From positions 28,520,001 to 28,584,000 of the forward strand of contig OX597817.1 in the NCBI GenBank assembly GCA_951406725.2: a stretch of DNA of 64,000 nucleotides, given 5' to 3'. Below the pieces are notes generated by a model. It made no database searches, had not been told where the DNA came from, and saw nothing but the letters and a program-made list of their open reading frames with translations. The DNA is from Octopus vulgaris. Lineage: Eukaryota. Shown here in pieces: positions 24,901 to 37,519 of the stretch; the stretch's first letter is position 1, and every line of letters starts with the position of its first letter. The position numbers were made by a program, and so were the translations under genes.

Positions 24901-25222
24901 TTGAGCAGAAGTCAGTTGTTAATTATTTAAATAAACTTTTCCATCCATATTAGCAGCATATAAAGTTTTAAAGTTTAAAATAAGTTGAGCAAATTAGGAC
25001 CACTTTTTATTTTAAATATCTATTTAAACTTTATTCAAGAGCTTGTGCATTTTTACACAGAAGCATTATATCTCTCCATTACTTCATTCATTTGTCTGTA
25101 TCATGAAACAATAAGCAGGTTAATGCATGTTAAGAAAGTATGGTGGGTAGTTGTCGGTGAGGAGCCAACAAGGGTGGTAACATCCATTTGAAAACAATTG
25201 GTTAAACATTATCCAGGAACCC

Positions 25223-25261
25223 GCATAAGGTAGATTAAGGTACTTGAGATCTACCTTATGC
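25223..25261. repeat. 13-bp perfect inverted repeat
   Basis: GCATAAGGTAGAT ... ATCTACCTTATGC with a 13-nt loop. Confidence 0.9.
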
Positions 25262-25392
25262 AACATACCTAACTTGAGTTTAGAACCAATGACAAATACT
25301 CAATTCAACAAGAAATAAGTTTAACTTTGGCAGTTAAACTGCCTATACTTTTGCTCTGGCTGCTGCTGTCTCTGATAATGATGAGGGTGATT

Positions 25393-25890
25393 TTTACTAT
25401 AGGTACAAGACCTAATATTTTTGGGGAAGGAGCCAGTCAAATACATTGACTCAGTACACAACTGGTATTTATTTCATTGATCCTGAAAGAATGAATAGTA
25501 ATGTCAACCTCTGTAGAATCTGGACTCAGCTCATATTCTACTAAGCATTTTGTCCAGCATGCTTATGATCTTGTCAGCCCACCACCTTAATAATGATAAT
25601 AACAACAATAATAATAATGGTTTCAAATTTTTCCCCAAGGGCAGCAATTTTGTGGGGAGGAGACGAGTCGATTGCATCAACCCCAGTGTTCGACTGGTAC
25701 TTATTTTATCAACTCTGAAAGGATGAAAGGAAAAGCTGACCTCAGTGGAATTTGAACTCAAAATGTAAAAATAGACAAAATGCTGCTAAACATTTTGCCT
25801 GACATGCTAACGATTCTGCTAGCTCACCACCCTATAAAAATGATAATAATAATGATAATAATAATAATAATAATAATGATGATGATAATT
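25393..25890 (-). mobile_element. Two tandem SINE family B copies embedded in (AAT)n
   Basis: Copies at about 25393-25588 and 25616-25833, separated and followed by (AAT)n. Confidence 0.85.
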
Positions 25891-26630
25891 TCTTATGATA
25901 AGGTGCTAAAGAAATGTTTTCAAATAAAAGTATGATAGTTGTTATAATCAATTCATCTTTATTACTGGCATTGTTTTGTCACCTCTTATGACATGAATAG
26001 CAAAGTTCATCATTGCTGACTTGATGCTTTCCAGCATAACGTCCATTATCTCACTGAATATAAGAGAATTGATAAAAGTAAGCTCATGTCTATGTTGGCG
26101 TGTTTAATTCCTCTGCAGTTTATAAATGGTGTTACTGAAATTGAATTCTCTCTTTTTGCTGTATTAATTTCTTGTCTTTGCCTCTAAACTTATATCAACT
26201 ATGTTATGTCAAGTTAAGTATTGAAATTAAGACACTTTGCTAAATAGTAAACTTGTGCAGTTTTAAATGACAGCAGATGTTTTATTTTCCTCATTTTAAA
26301 AATTTATTATTGTTATTTAATGATAGGTAGTTTAGTCCACGTTTGGTGAAGATTAATTGGATGTTCCTCCTCTGGTATTTGGCAGTCAGGGATTAAGAGC
26401 TTTGTAGTTTCCAGCTTAAAATCAATTGCCTAAAGTTAGACAACACAATGCCTTCTTTATAGAACCTTAACAGATATGCTTCCCTGAATAAATTTAACTA
26501 GATACTTGTATACTGGTGCTTGAGACTTCTTATAAAGGTTTTTTAAATGTGTCACACATTGGTAGAAATTTGATAGAAAAAGAATATTTGAAACAAAGAT
26601 ATGCTAAAGAACCTAGATAAGCTTTTCTTT

Positions 26631-27070
26631 GTGGCTGTGTGGTAAGAAACTTGCTTCCCAACCACATGGTTCTGGGTTCAGTCCCACTGCATGGCATCTT
26701 GGGCAAGTGTCCTCTACTATAGCTTTGGGCTGACAAAAGTCTTGTGAGTAAATTTGGTAGCTGGAAACTGAAAGAAGCTGTTGTGTGTGTGTGTGTATAT
26801 ATACACACATACATATGTGTGTGTGTATATCTATTTGTGTGTGTCTTCATATCTGTGTTTATCTGTCACCACTGCTTGACAACTGGTGCTGGTGTGTTTC
26901 CATCCCAGTGACTTAACAGTTTGGCAAGGAGACCGTGAAAATAAGTAGCAGGCTTTAAAAAAAGAAAAAAAGTCCTGGGGTTGACATGTTCAGCTGAAAC
27001 TCTTCATGGCAGTACCTTTGCATGGCCACAGTGAAATGACCAAAACAAGTAAAATGAAAAAATAAAAGAA
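26631..27070 (+). mobile_element. SINE family A (diverged)
   Basis: Same head, (TG)n middle and GCATGGCCACAG...AAACAAGTAAAA tail. Confidence 0.9.
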
Positions 27071-27118
27071 ATCAAAAATAACCCACTTTATGGACAAATT
27101 AGTTCACAAAGTCTTTAA

Positions 27119-27322
27119 CCCTTTAGCATTTAAACTGGCCTTATCTAGTCAAAATATTCTTCTTGTTATATATTCAAACTGACCAGATTCAGCCTCTCAC
27201 ACCAAACCTAAAAATATACAAGCATATCATTGAAATCTCAAAGTTTGAAGATATCTGATTAATTCAGAACAATGGGAAAAGATAAACATTACATTTGACA
27301 GAGTAACCTGAATGCTAAAATG
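27119..27322. mobile_element. piggyBac-type MITE, family 1 (copy 2)
   Basis: TTAA|CCCTTTAGCATT ... AATGCTAAAATG|TTAA; reverse-complement similarity to 1456-1677. Confidence 0.8.
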
Positions 27323-28961
27323 TTAATAATATGTAATATGCCATTACAATAAAACTTCTTCAATTATGATATGGAAAATTTTCTCTTTTGCATATAATTT
27401 GGTTTGAGTTTTTCTCTTACATCAATCCTTTGTGAAAAAAAAAAAAGAAAAATTAGTTTTAATCTTCAAGCTGTTCCCTTTGTATTTTCTCTTTATGCTA
27501 CTGCTTTCACCTCTACTATCACCTTGTGTAGGAGTTGTGCATTGTAAAAAGTAGATCTACAGTGATAGCAACAGATATACAATTCATTTCAAAAAGGAAA
27601 GTGGAGAGTGTGGGGGACACATTTTTTTTTTAAGCTTCATAGTGATGATGCATCACATTTTGAGAAGAGGAATGATGACATTATGACATACAGTTTTTTT
27701 TTTTTTCCACCAAAAGCTTTAGGTCCATAAATGAAGCTGCTCATATTGTCTGTCCAAATCATTGATTTTGTTTGCAAACTGATGATTTCAATTCACATAT
27801 CTGCCTTAGAAAGTTGAGTTAGATTTACAGTACAATGCCTGCAGCTAGATATAGATTATCTTTGGTGCTATAAATTTATTTACTTCCTTATTGATGAAAA
27901 TTATAGCATTTAAACATCTTATCATTATGAAACATATGCCACACCACTTTTCAAATGTTTATGTGTGTGTTTGCTGTCTGTATTTGTACCATTTTTCAGT
28001 TCTAAACTTTTACTATGGTTTATAGCTGGGTATGAAATATATATATTGATAGGAAGTTATGAACAAATGATATTTAAGTGAAGGGATTTTGAGAGAGAAA
28101 AAAAAGTTAAGAATTGTTCTGTTCACCTTTGTTTATTAGGTTTTGGAATCATCTGATGACAAAGTACTCTGTGTATTGAGTCAGTGTTAAAATAGAAAAA
28201 GCTTAAAAGTAAATAGGATATGAATCATTAAAAGAATTACTTCAACTCTGTATTATAGTAATTAATAACTCACAAAGATAGGAGAAAAGAACTTTTAGAT
28301 TTGGTTAAGAGTGATATAGATAAGGGGAGAGATAGAGAGAGAAAGAGAGGATGGAAAAAACAGGCTGATAGTGACTTTTTCGGAAAAAGAGAAGAGAGCA
28401 AGAAAGAGAGAGAATAGAATGACAAAAAGAAGGAGAAGAGATATGCAGAAAAACAATAAGATGTAGCCAGAAAAATGAACAAGGTGAAACAAGTGAAGTA
28501 GTGAGATTGCATATATATGTTGTCTATGAGTGTATTTAAATTATTGAATTAGCTTCTATTCTCTGTGAGAAAGAGCCCGAATGGAAAGGAAATATCAGAC
28601 AGGCACAATAGAAGAATAAGTACCTAGGTTAGCCTTTTCTGACTTGAAAGGTCACTGTCAACATTCAGTGATTTCTTCTGAGCAAAGTAATTTCTTTGCA
28701 GAATGTTAGAAAGTCATACATTTGTAGTCTTCTGTTATGTTTCTTTTATTTTAAATAGAAACTTAAACATTGTGGTGTGTATATATGTGTGAATGTATGT
28801 ATACTGAACATATGTTACTACACACACAAATACTTGTACCAGAAACATACGGTACCTATATATATATATACATATGTATGTACATAGCCCCACTTCAATA
28901 CTCAAAAGACATGCACACACTTATGGAACTTCATTTTTTCCCAGGTATTCATTCTTTCCAA

Positions 28962-30250
28962 GTATCAAAAAGTTCCCAGACTAGATATGTTTAATAAAAA
29001 AAAACAACTTTATTTACCTAAGCTTTAACATCATCTCCTTCAAAATAGTCACCTTGCACAGCAATACAACAGTTCTCACATTGCTGCCACTTTTGGAATC
29101 TGGCCTGGTAGTTGTTTCCTGTAAGCAAGTCGAGGCCCTTCTACAATTCACTCTGGATCTATATAATGGTGACTTTTAAGCTGCATTTTCATCTTGGGTA
29201 AGAGACGGAAATCTGCAGGTGCTAAATCTTTCAAATATGGTAGGTGCAGAAACAATACCATGTTGTTTTTGGTGAGAAACTCACAAGTAAGGAGAGCTTG
29301 AGGGCAGAGTGCATTGTTGTTGTGAAGAATCCAGTTCTTCGCACTTTACAGATCTGGTTGCTTTTGTTGAATGTCCTTCCTCAAACATTTCAAAATATTG
29401 CAATAGAACTCGCGATTGAGGCCTGGCCCTGGGGAATGAATTCTTGATATACAATGCTGTAGACGTCAAATAAAAAGAATGTGCATGCTCTTGACTGAGC
29501 TGCAGCTTGTTATGCCTTCTTTGGTCATAGGGGATGAAGGGTTCTTTGATTGTGATGACTGCTGCTTCATCTCAGGCTCATACCTATAGACCCAACTCTC
29601 ATCACAGGTGATGATTCTCGATATGAAGGATGAGTTTTTGGCGGCACACAGATGGAGTTCTTGACAGACTTCGACGCAATGTTCTTTCTGCTCAGTGGTC
29701 AAGAGGTGGAGGGCAAACTTGGCAGACACATACTGTACATTCAATTTAAATGCTAGGATTGCCTGCACAGACCCATTCAACAGACCAACAACATCAGCAG
29801 TGTCAATGATTGTCCTCTAATGATCCTCACACACAAGTTTTTCCAGAGGTGGCACTCATGGAAGGTCTTCCAGATTGCTCATTGTCTTTCAGGGACATTC
29901 TTCTGTTTTTTAAGTATCTGTGCCACTTGAAACATTGCATATGATCCATTGCCTCTTCACTATAAGCTTACCAAAGCATGCTCAATGCCTCTGTAGCAGA
30001 CTTTCCAAGTTTAAGGCAAATTTCTCATTGGTTCTTTGTTCTAACTTACTATCCATGACAAAATCACAGATTATAGCATACACGTGATCACAAAAACACA
30101 AATTTCACAACTTGCAAAGTAAACACAATTATGTCACTTCTCATACTGCTTCATGAATGACACTACTAGCTCTCACTGTGCAAGTAACTGTATGCTGCTA
30201 TCTCTTGGTATGCTACAGAACTAGTCTGGGAATTTATTTGATACCCCGCG
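28962..30250 (-). mobile_element. Decayed near-full-length mariner transposon
   Basis: TIRs GTATCAAAAAGTTCCCAGACTAG and CTAGTCTGGGAATTTATTTGATACCCCGCG|TA. Transposase pseudogene fragments: VSAKFALHLL, IITCDESWVYRYEPE, PYLKDLAPADF (YSPDLAP motif), CIAVQGDYFEGD. Confidence 0.92.
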
Positions 30251-30310
30251 TACTAAACTCCAAGTTTTCAAAATATATAATAAAGCAGCTTTAGATTACC
30301 TATTATTATT

Positions 30311-30541
30311 CATCATCATTCATTGTCTTAATATCAACTTTCCCATGCTTGCATGGATCAAAAGGTATCCATTGACACTGAAATTTGGTGATCAGATGCT
30401 TTTCCTCTTGCCCTCACTCCCTTCTTTCTCCTAGTCAGAACACGTTTTTATTGAAGATTTCAGACAAACAGTGCCAATCATATGATAGTGAAGCCTACGT
30501 ACAGTACAGTTAGCATCTGATGTCAAGAAATGTACGCATGC

Positions 30542-30572
<31 letters not shown>

Positions 30573-30740
30573 TATTTATGTGTAAAAGGAAAGTTTTGCA
30601 GTTTCTATCAAGCAATTTCACCCAGAAAGCCAGTAGCTATAGTAGAAGACATCTGCCCGAGGTACTGCAAAGTTGAACTGAACTGAACTCCAAACCATCT
30701 AAGTGTGCAGAGAGTTTCTTAACTACACAGCCTACACTTG
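30311..30740 (-). mobile_element. SINE with family-A head and RTE-type tail (decayed)
   Basis: Head at 30595-30740, (CA)n at 30540-30572, tail with TTTCCCATGCTTGCATGG and CATCATCAT at 30311-30360. Confidence 0.65.
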
Positions 30741-31989
30741 TTATATGTGTGTGTGTGTTCAGAAAATCATACGAAGTACTAAATATGCTAAATATGAAGA
30801 GCAATGTTTTTACTTGATACATATATCATCATATGTGCATAATAGACTTTTCAAAATAAATTTCATTTTGTTTATAGTTTTCATCAAATTCTTAATTTAT
30901 TCTTGTTTATCTTTTACTGATTTCTAAAGGATATAGAGGTTAGTACCACAGAAATTTAGGAAAATGTTGAACTTCTATATTGCAAAATGTTTTGTGAAAC
31001 ATATTATAGGACTACTCAGTTTTTTTATAGGTTAGGTGCCAGTGTTTTAGTTTAGACGATGAATAACCTCCTTTACTGAGGTCTATACTGCACTCCCTGT
31101 GACATATTTTAGACAATCTCTTATCTTGCAGTCTTAAACTATGTATCTTAAACTCTAATTGATGATGCATCATTTTTCTTATCGAAGAATTTAAAGCATC
31201 GTTTTACGACAGATATATGATTCATTTAATATTATAGACAGAAAAATTATGAAACTTGAAAATGTTTTTGTCTGTTACATTAAAGGTTTTGGACTTGAAG
31301 GATATTTTAAATATTCCTTTATCATTTGCTATATTCCTTCTTTATTGTATTAATATTTGTTATTTCTTGTTTATAGTTGCCCTGAAAGGTTTTATAATGC
31401 TTTCAAATTGACGTTTTACCTACGTAATCTAATGTCAGGATGATTTGCTTTTGCTGAAAATATTTCTCTCCGAGGAAAATTGATTCAGTTGTTTTCTTTT
31501 TTTTTCATTTCCCTCTTTCTGATTCATCAGTGTCAAACGTGTTTCTGTGAATAATTATTGAAGTCTTCTTTGCTGTTTCATTTAGATTAACAAACACTCA
31601 TAATCATATGTGTGTGTATGTGTGAACACGAATGAATATATATATTCATACACATGCACATACTGTATATATATTGTACCCCTACACACACACACACACA
31701 CACCAAATGCACACATAAATGCCCCACGAATTTAACCAATACATAAAGGAAAGGAAACACTAACAAACACAGAAGTGTATCTCCCCCTCCCCACAAAGGC
31801 TGTACATATAGTACCACTGCACACACTCCATTTCCACAAGAACATCAACCTTGAAGGCGCACACATTTCCCACAAACACTTTTCAGAAAACTCTTGCTGG
31901 CTTACAACAATGAGGTTTTGGTACCAAGGGACATAACTCTTAACTCAATCACCTGCTTGAATTGTTTCATCATTTTTTTCACATATGTG

Positions 31990-32480
31990 TTCATGCACCT
32001 CCATTTCATTCTATAATGGCTACCTCTGATGAGCACAGGGTTACATAATTGGACTGTTACCTAACACTCCATTGAACCCCTAGTGCAAAACTGATTGGTG
32101 ATTTCGGCCATAATGGATATATAATACTGTACACTTTGAATAATATATATATCCTCCTACTTCTTATTTTAGCATCAACTTTTCTATGCTTGTGTGGGTC
32201 TTTCTTGAAGCAGATTTTTATGTTGAATCTACTCTTGTTGCCAATGCTTACTTGTAACATTTCATTTCATGCTCATTTCGATGTCGAGACAAAGTGACAC
32301 AAATATAAACTGATCCCACCCTCCAACAGTTATGCATACACAATTGGCATTTGCATGCTTTAGGTGAGTATGGAAGGGCGCCTTCAATGATAGTCTATTC
32401 AATGTTGGGGAAGTCATTCCAGTGATCATAGAACCTCCATATAAAACAGGACAGATAGGTTTTAGATATTTTCCCTATTC
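31990..32480 (-). mobile_element. Probable decayed Penelope-like element, GIY-YIG region
   Basis: Minus-strand pieces CQLCMHNCWRVGSVY, KSRFNIKICFK, VQWSV and CN/LCSSEVAII occur in the order of PLE motifs CPLxGxCL..VVY, FKxRxxNHxxSF, IxWxI, CxLCxxEK. Confidence 0.5.
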
Positions 32481-33269
32481 TTGCACTTGAAAGAGTGCAT
32501 ATACTGTGTATACCTTCCCTTGAAGTTATTAGCTCTCACGTTTGCGTTATGCCATCAGATGGAATGAGAGTGGCTCTATAGGACCACACCACTTGAGAGC
32601 TAGGCTCCTCCCATTGAGCAGTTGCTGGTTGGCTGTGTATTGGAGACTGTAGGTTTATTTGTGTCTATTGTAACATTCAACGTTAGAAGTGATGTTGCCT
32701 GTGTTGGTTACATGATACATTAATGTAACGGATACTTGTATGTATCTCTTAATTTCAGCGTTTTCTTTTATATTTCTTCTCATTCTCTTTCTCCATATCT
32801 TTGATGTGTTTCTCTTCCATTTTCATCCATGACCACAATTTAATAAGCTTATTATTTTTCATCTATTTTGTGGTACTCATTTTCTCTTGATTCCTTTAAA
32901 TAATTTTTGATTTTAATTTCCATTTTAATTCCTAATATTTTATCACTAGTTACATTTTATATCCGATAATGTCTTTCTCATTTTCTGTATTCCCATTATT
33001 TCAAAAAGCAACTTTCCCTGCTCAGTCAGTTTTAAATGTTTACTTAGTAATTATGAATATTCAGGAATATTTATAAAGCATTTCATTGTTCTAAATACAC
33101 TTGACTGTCTGAAATCGGTCATGTGAACCTCTGAGTAACAGATTGTGACGTCTTTTCAGCTTCAATAAAATACTTTTGTACTCTACCTTTGGTAACTGAA
33201 TACTGTTTTTACCCTTTGTTTTACACTTATATTCTTGTGTGTGTGTGTGTGTGTATAATCCAGTTTGTG

Positions 33270-33882
33270 TGAATATATATACACTACTCACACATACATA
33301 TGTATATATATATATATATATATATACACTACTCACACATACATATGAATATATATATATATATATATATACACTACTCACATATACATATGAATATATA
33401 TATATATTTATTCTTTCTTTTTTCTTTTTCCTTGTTTCAGTCATTTTGACTGCGGCCATGCTGGAGCACCGCCTTTAATCGAGCAACTCGACCCTGGGAC
33501 TTATTCTTTTGTAAGCCCAGTACTTATTCTATCGGTCTCTTTTGCCGAACCGCTAAGTAACGGGGACATAAACACACCAGCATCGGTTGTCAAACAATGC
33601 TAGGGGGACAAACACAGACACACAAACATACACACACACATATATATATACATATATACGACGGGCTTCTTTCAGTTTCCGTCTACCAAATCCACTCACA
33701 AGGAATTGGTCGGCTCGAGGCTATAGTAGAAGACACTTGCCCAAGGTGCCACGCAGTGGGACTGAACCCGGAACCATGTGGTTGGTAAGCAAGCTACTTA
33801 CCACACAGCCACTCCTATATATACACTACTCACACATACATATGAATATATATATATATACATACACTACTCACACATACAT
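33270..33882. repeat. Minisatellite [(AT)n-ACACTACTCACACATACATATG] split by a SINE-A insertion
   Basis: Three units before 33410 and two after 33816. Confidence 0.85.
33411..33816 (-). mobile_element. SINE family A (young)
   Basis: Reverse complement of the family A consensus. Confidence 0.95.
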
Positions 33883-35110
33883 CATGTATGTTTGTGAATA
33901 CACTTCTATAATTCTTTAAATTTGTTTCCATTTTCTCGTATTCTGACTTGTTTGGCTGGCTGTGTTTATAAATCAATGGATTAAGTAGTCAATCTATAGC
34001 CATTTCTTGAATTTGGACTCAAGTATTATTAATTAACATAATTCTATCCCCTAATCATTCCTTTCCTTTCTCTCACCTATGTAATTTTCTCTTGTCTTCT
34101 TTATCTCTGTTGTGTCCTGTGAAACGAGACTAGCATAAAATTTGATTGGGCTCTAACGCAGCGGAAGAAATGGTCAACACCAATCGATAACCCCTTTTCT
34201 TGTCAATAAGGATTATGTAATATTAAGTACACCGATCAATCTACTTAGCTTTATGTCTTGTCAGATATATAGCTTCTGATTCTTTTTGTGCAAGACGTGA
34301 TTTCATTATAGCTTCTATCTGTCTTTCTGGATACTTTTCAAGCTGTTGCCATTACTATAAGCAATCAGTTATTCCTGTAACTTTTGCCCAGTTGCATGGC
34401 CTTCAATCAATTTGTCTGTCAATGAGAAGAATATTTAATCATACATTGGAAATTTCTGCTTTTACTATTGTATTGCTACGTATTTCTGTCCTTAATGCTG
34501 AAGAAGCCTATATTTTGATCAAATAATTGACAAAACTGGCAATATTTCAGTGCTATTATATTCTGCAAGAATAGAAAGCAATATGGAAATATAGAAAAGA
34601 ACAAATTCAAAAGAAAATAAAACCATCCTAATGTGATAAAATAAGAATTATTGTGATGTTTATGGGTTTATTGAAGTGATGTGTGTGTATTATAGTTGTT
34701 TGTTTATTCTGGTATTATCACTTTAGTAGTTGAAATGTTAGGAATGTGGAAGACAGTGGTTGTTCACTTATGTAATAATAATGATGACATAACAATAACA
34801 CTGCATTCTTATAACAAGAAGCATCATGTCAAATCTTGGAGTTTAAGAGTCATGTATCTGAGAAGGCAACCTGAAGGAACAAAACATCTTCATAAATGTT
34901 ATATACCATTACTTTCAATATGATGGAATTGATGTTGTCAAATAATAATTAGGAAGGCTAAAAATTGCAAATTTGGGAATGCAAGTGAATTGTAAAATCC
35001 ACAAGACAGAATGTTTCACAATGATATGTGGCAAATCCATAATTCAGTGTAGAGTATGCAGAATACATGATATAATAAAAAAGATTGCTTAATTGAAAAC
35101 TTGGTATAAT

Positions 35111-35321
35111 CCATTCTACTATAGACACAAGGCCTGAAATTTGGTGGAGGATATAATCGATTACATCGACACCAGTGTGTAACTGGTACTTAATTTATCG
35201 ACACTGAAAGGATGAAAGGCAAAGCCAATCTCAGCAGAATTTGAACTCAGAACATAGTGATGAGCGAAATACCACTAAACATTTCGTCCAACATGCTAAC
35301 AATTCTGCCAGCTCACCACCC
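35111..35321 (-). mobile_element. SINE family B with TSD
   Basis: TSD TTGAAAACTTG(G/C)TATAAT at 35093-35110 and 35322-35339. Confidence 0.9.
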
Positions 35322-36142
35322 TTGAAAACTTGCTATAATGTTGTAGTAAGGCCTCTTTTATAGTTTAGCAAGAATGATTTTGTTTTTGTTATATGACTAC
35401 ATATATGCATATACATGTAGTGTTCTTCTCTTCATTTTAATGTCCTCTTTTTCTATACTGGCAAAGGTTAGATAAAACTTAGGCACTATTCAATAGATTT
35501 GTACACTTCCAAGTTAGGTATCTTTACTTTTTGTGTAAAAAAAACAATAAAACTGAGCTATCGGACATTTTTTACAAGTATTAACAACATTGCCAACATG
35601 AAAACATCCTGAGACAAACACATACACACAAATATATGAGATAATATATTTACTTGTATTTGTTTAATAAACATACATTTAGTATCACTGTGTAAATAAA
35701 TCTTAATATTAAATGACTGACTCTGTGCAAGATGGACCCAAGAACAGTTTGACTAGATTTGCCTGGTCATTACTAGCTTGTCAAGTGAATTTATATATTT
35801 GAGGGAGAGAGAGAGATAGACAGACAACTAGAGAGAGGCTTACAACAACTCATGAAAAATGCAATGAGCAACATGCATTAGTTTATGGTTATTTGCATAT
35901 TGGCAGTTTATTTGTTGGCACTGAAATACTGAGACAATATGCTAGGAAATGAGTTGTACATAAATTTACTTTTGCATGTTTGATGTGTCTTCAATAAAAG
36001 GGCTTTCAGCAGCTTAAAACATTATCACCATCTGTGCTCCTTCCATACTAAACAAAACATTATGAGAATTTGTACAGCTTTCTGACCAAGTATAGAAGAC
36101 ATAAATGATATGAATGTTTTCAAAACGACATGTATTTGCAAT

Positions 36143-36442
36143 GCTATGTAGTTAAGAAGCTTTACAAGCTCACTTTGTAACTGCGGGGTTTCAGTTTGAT
36201 CTCACTATGTTGTACCTTGGTGAAGTGTCTCCTGCTATGGCAATGGGTTGGATAATGCCCTGTCGCTTGTGATGGAAACTGTGTGGAAACCTGTTGTGTG
36301 TGTATGTATTTGTCTCCATGTGTCTTCATACTGTCATTTCCTAAGCCAATGGTGATGTTTATGTTCTGAATAAACAATATATCTCACAGTACAGTTTTTC
36401 AATAAGCAAAGAGCTGAGAAATAAAGTAGTTTAGGAAATAAG
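36143..36442 (+). mobile_element. Old SINE family A-like copy
   Basis: GCTATGTAGTTAAGAAGCTT...ACCTTGGTGAAGTGTCTCCTGCTAT...TGGAAACTG, then (TG)n. Confidence 0.6.
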
Positions 36443-36444
36443 TA

Positions 36445-37519
36445 TTGGATCATTTCATAAATAATGTGTTTCTTTTCAATTGCATGAACTAAAAGTTGGA
36501 GGGGGACAAGATAAACTACCAGCATCAACTTGCTATAAAAGCAGGTAGTAATTTTATCTTGTCCCTATTCTTACTGCAAGTTTTGAAGAGTGCTGTTTCA
36601 ACTTTAACAGCTATTTTTTCAAAGATATAATGGAAGTGGCAAAGCATATTTGGCATATTTTGCTTTATGAGTTCAATAAAGGCAACAGCGCAATGGAAAG
36701 TATGAGAAATATTAAAGCAGTATACGGGGATTGTATATGTAAGCCAGTGTCAAAGGTGGTTCCAGAAATTCCAAGCTGGAAACTACAGCCCAGAAGACAT
36801 GCCTTTTTCTGGAAGAGCTGTAGTGCTCAACAGAGACATCCTGCAAACCCTGGTGGAACAAAATCACATTTTAACTGTTGAAGAACAAACAGAGATGCTT
36901 GGATCTGGTCATTCAACTATTCATTGACACCTGCATGCCATCAGAAAAGTCAGCAAATTGGGTCAGTGGGTTCCTCTTAAACTTTCCTAGTCTATTTCAC
37001 ATGCAGAGAGTAAATAAGTGCTCTTCTTTGCTGTCTATCATGTCTCATGAATGAACCTTTTTTTGGACCAAATAGTGACTGGTGACGAGAAATGGATTCG
37101 CTATAAAAATGTTAAGTACTGAAGACAATGGGTAGGGAAAGGAGAAACACAGATACCGCAGGATAAAGGTTTTCACCTACGTAAGGTGTTGTTATCTGTT
37201 TGGTAGTATATGAAAAGTTTTGTCCACTTTTTACTTTTAAACCCATACCAAACAATAGCAAAGGAGATCCACTATGAGCAGCATGGGCAGCTTAAATGAG
37301 CACTAGAAGAAAAACAACCATCTTTGGTTTCGAGAGTATTTTTCATCACAGATAAATGAATTTTGGAATAGGAGCCTTTCAAGTCTACCAGATAGATGGA
37401 AGAACATTGTAGAAAATGAAGGAGAGTATATTTTAGATTAGAAAAGAACTTTGTTTATTTTAATTCTGAAAAATAAAAGGAGTATAAAAAAAAAACGCAT
37501 TATTTATGGGATAACCCAA
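36445..37519 (+). mobile_element. Decayed, internally deleted mariner transposon
   Basis: TA flanks (36443-36444, 37520-37521); TIRs TTGGATCATTTCATAAATAATGTGTTT / AAACGCATTATTTATGGGATAACCCAA. Transposase pseudogene from 36630: HIWHILLYEFNKG, QCQRWFQKF, KLGQWVPLKL (WVPHEL motif), IVTGDEKWI. Confidence 0.93.

Noticed and set aside
31460-31550. Minus-strand CTGATGA and GAAACACGTT near the 3' end of the Penelope-like remnant
   Set aside because: The position is suggestive, but the motifs are in the wrong order or spacing for a foldable hammerhead.
34490-34550. CTGAAGAAGCC...CAAAACTGG as a third hammerhead
   Set aside because: GAAA is absent and stems I and II cannot be paired convincingly.
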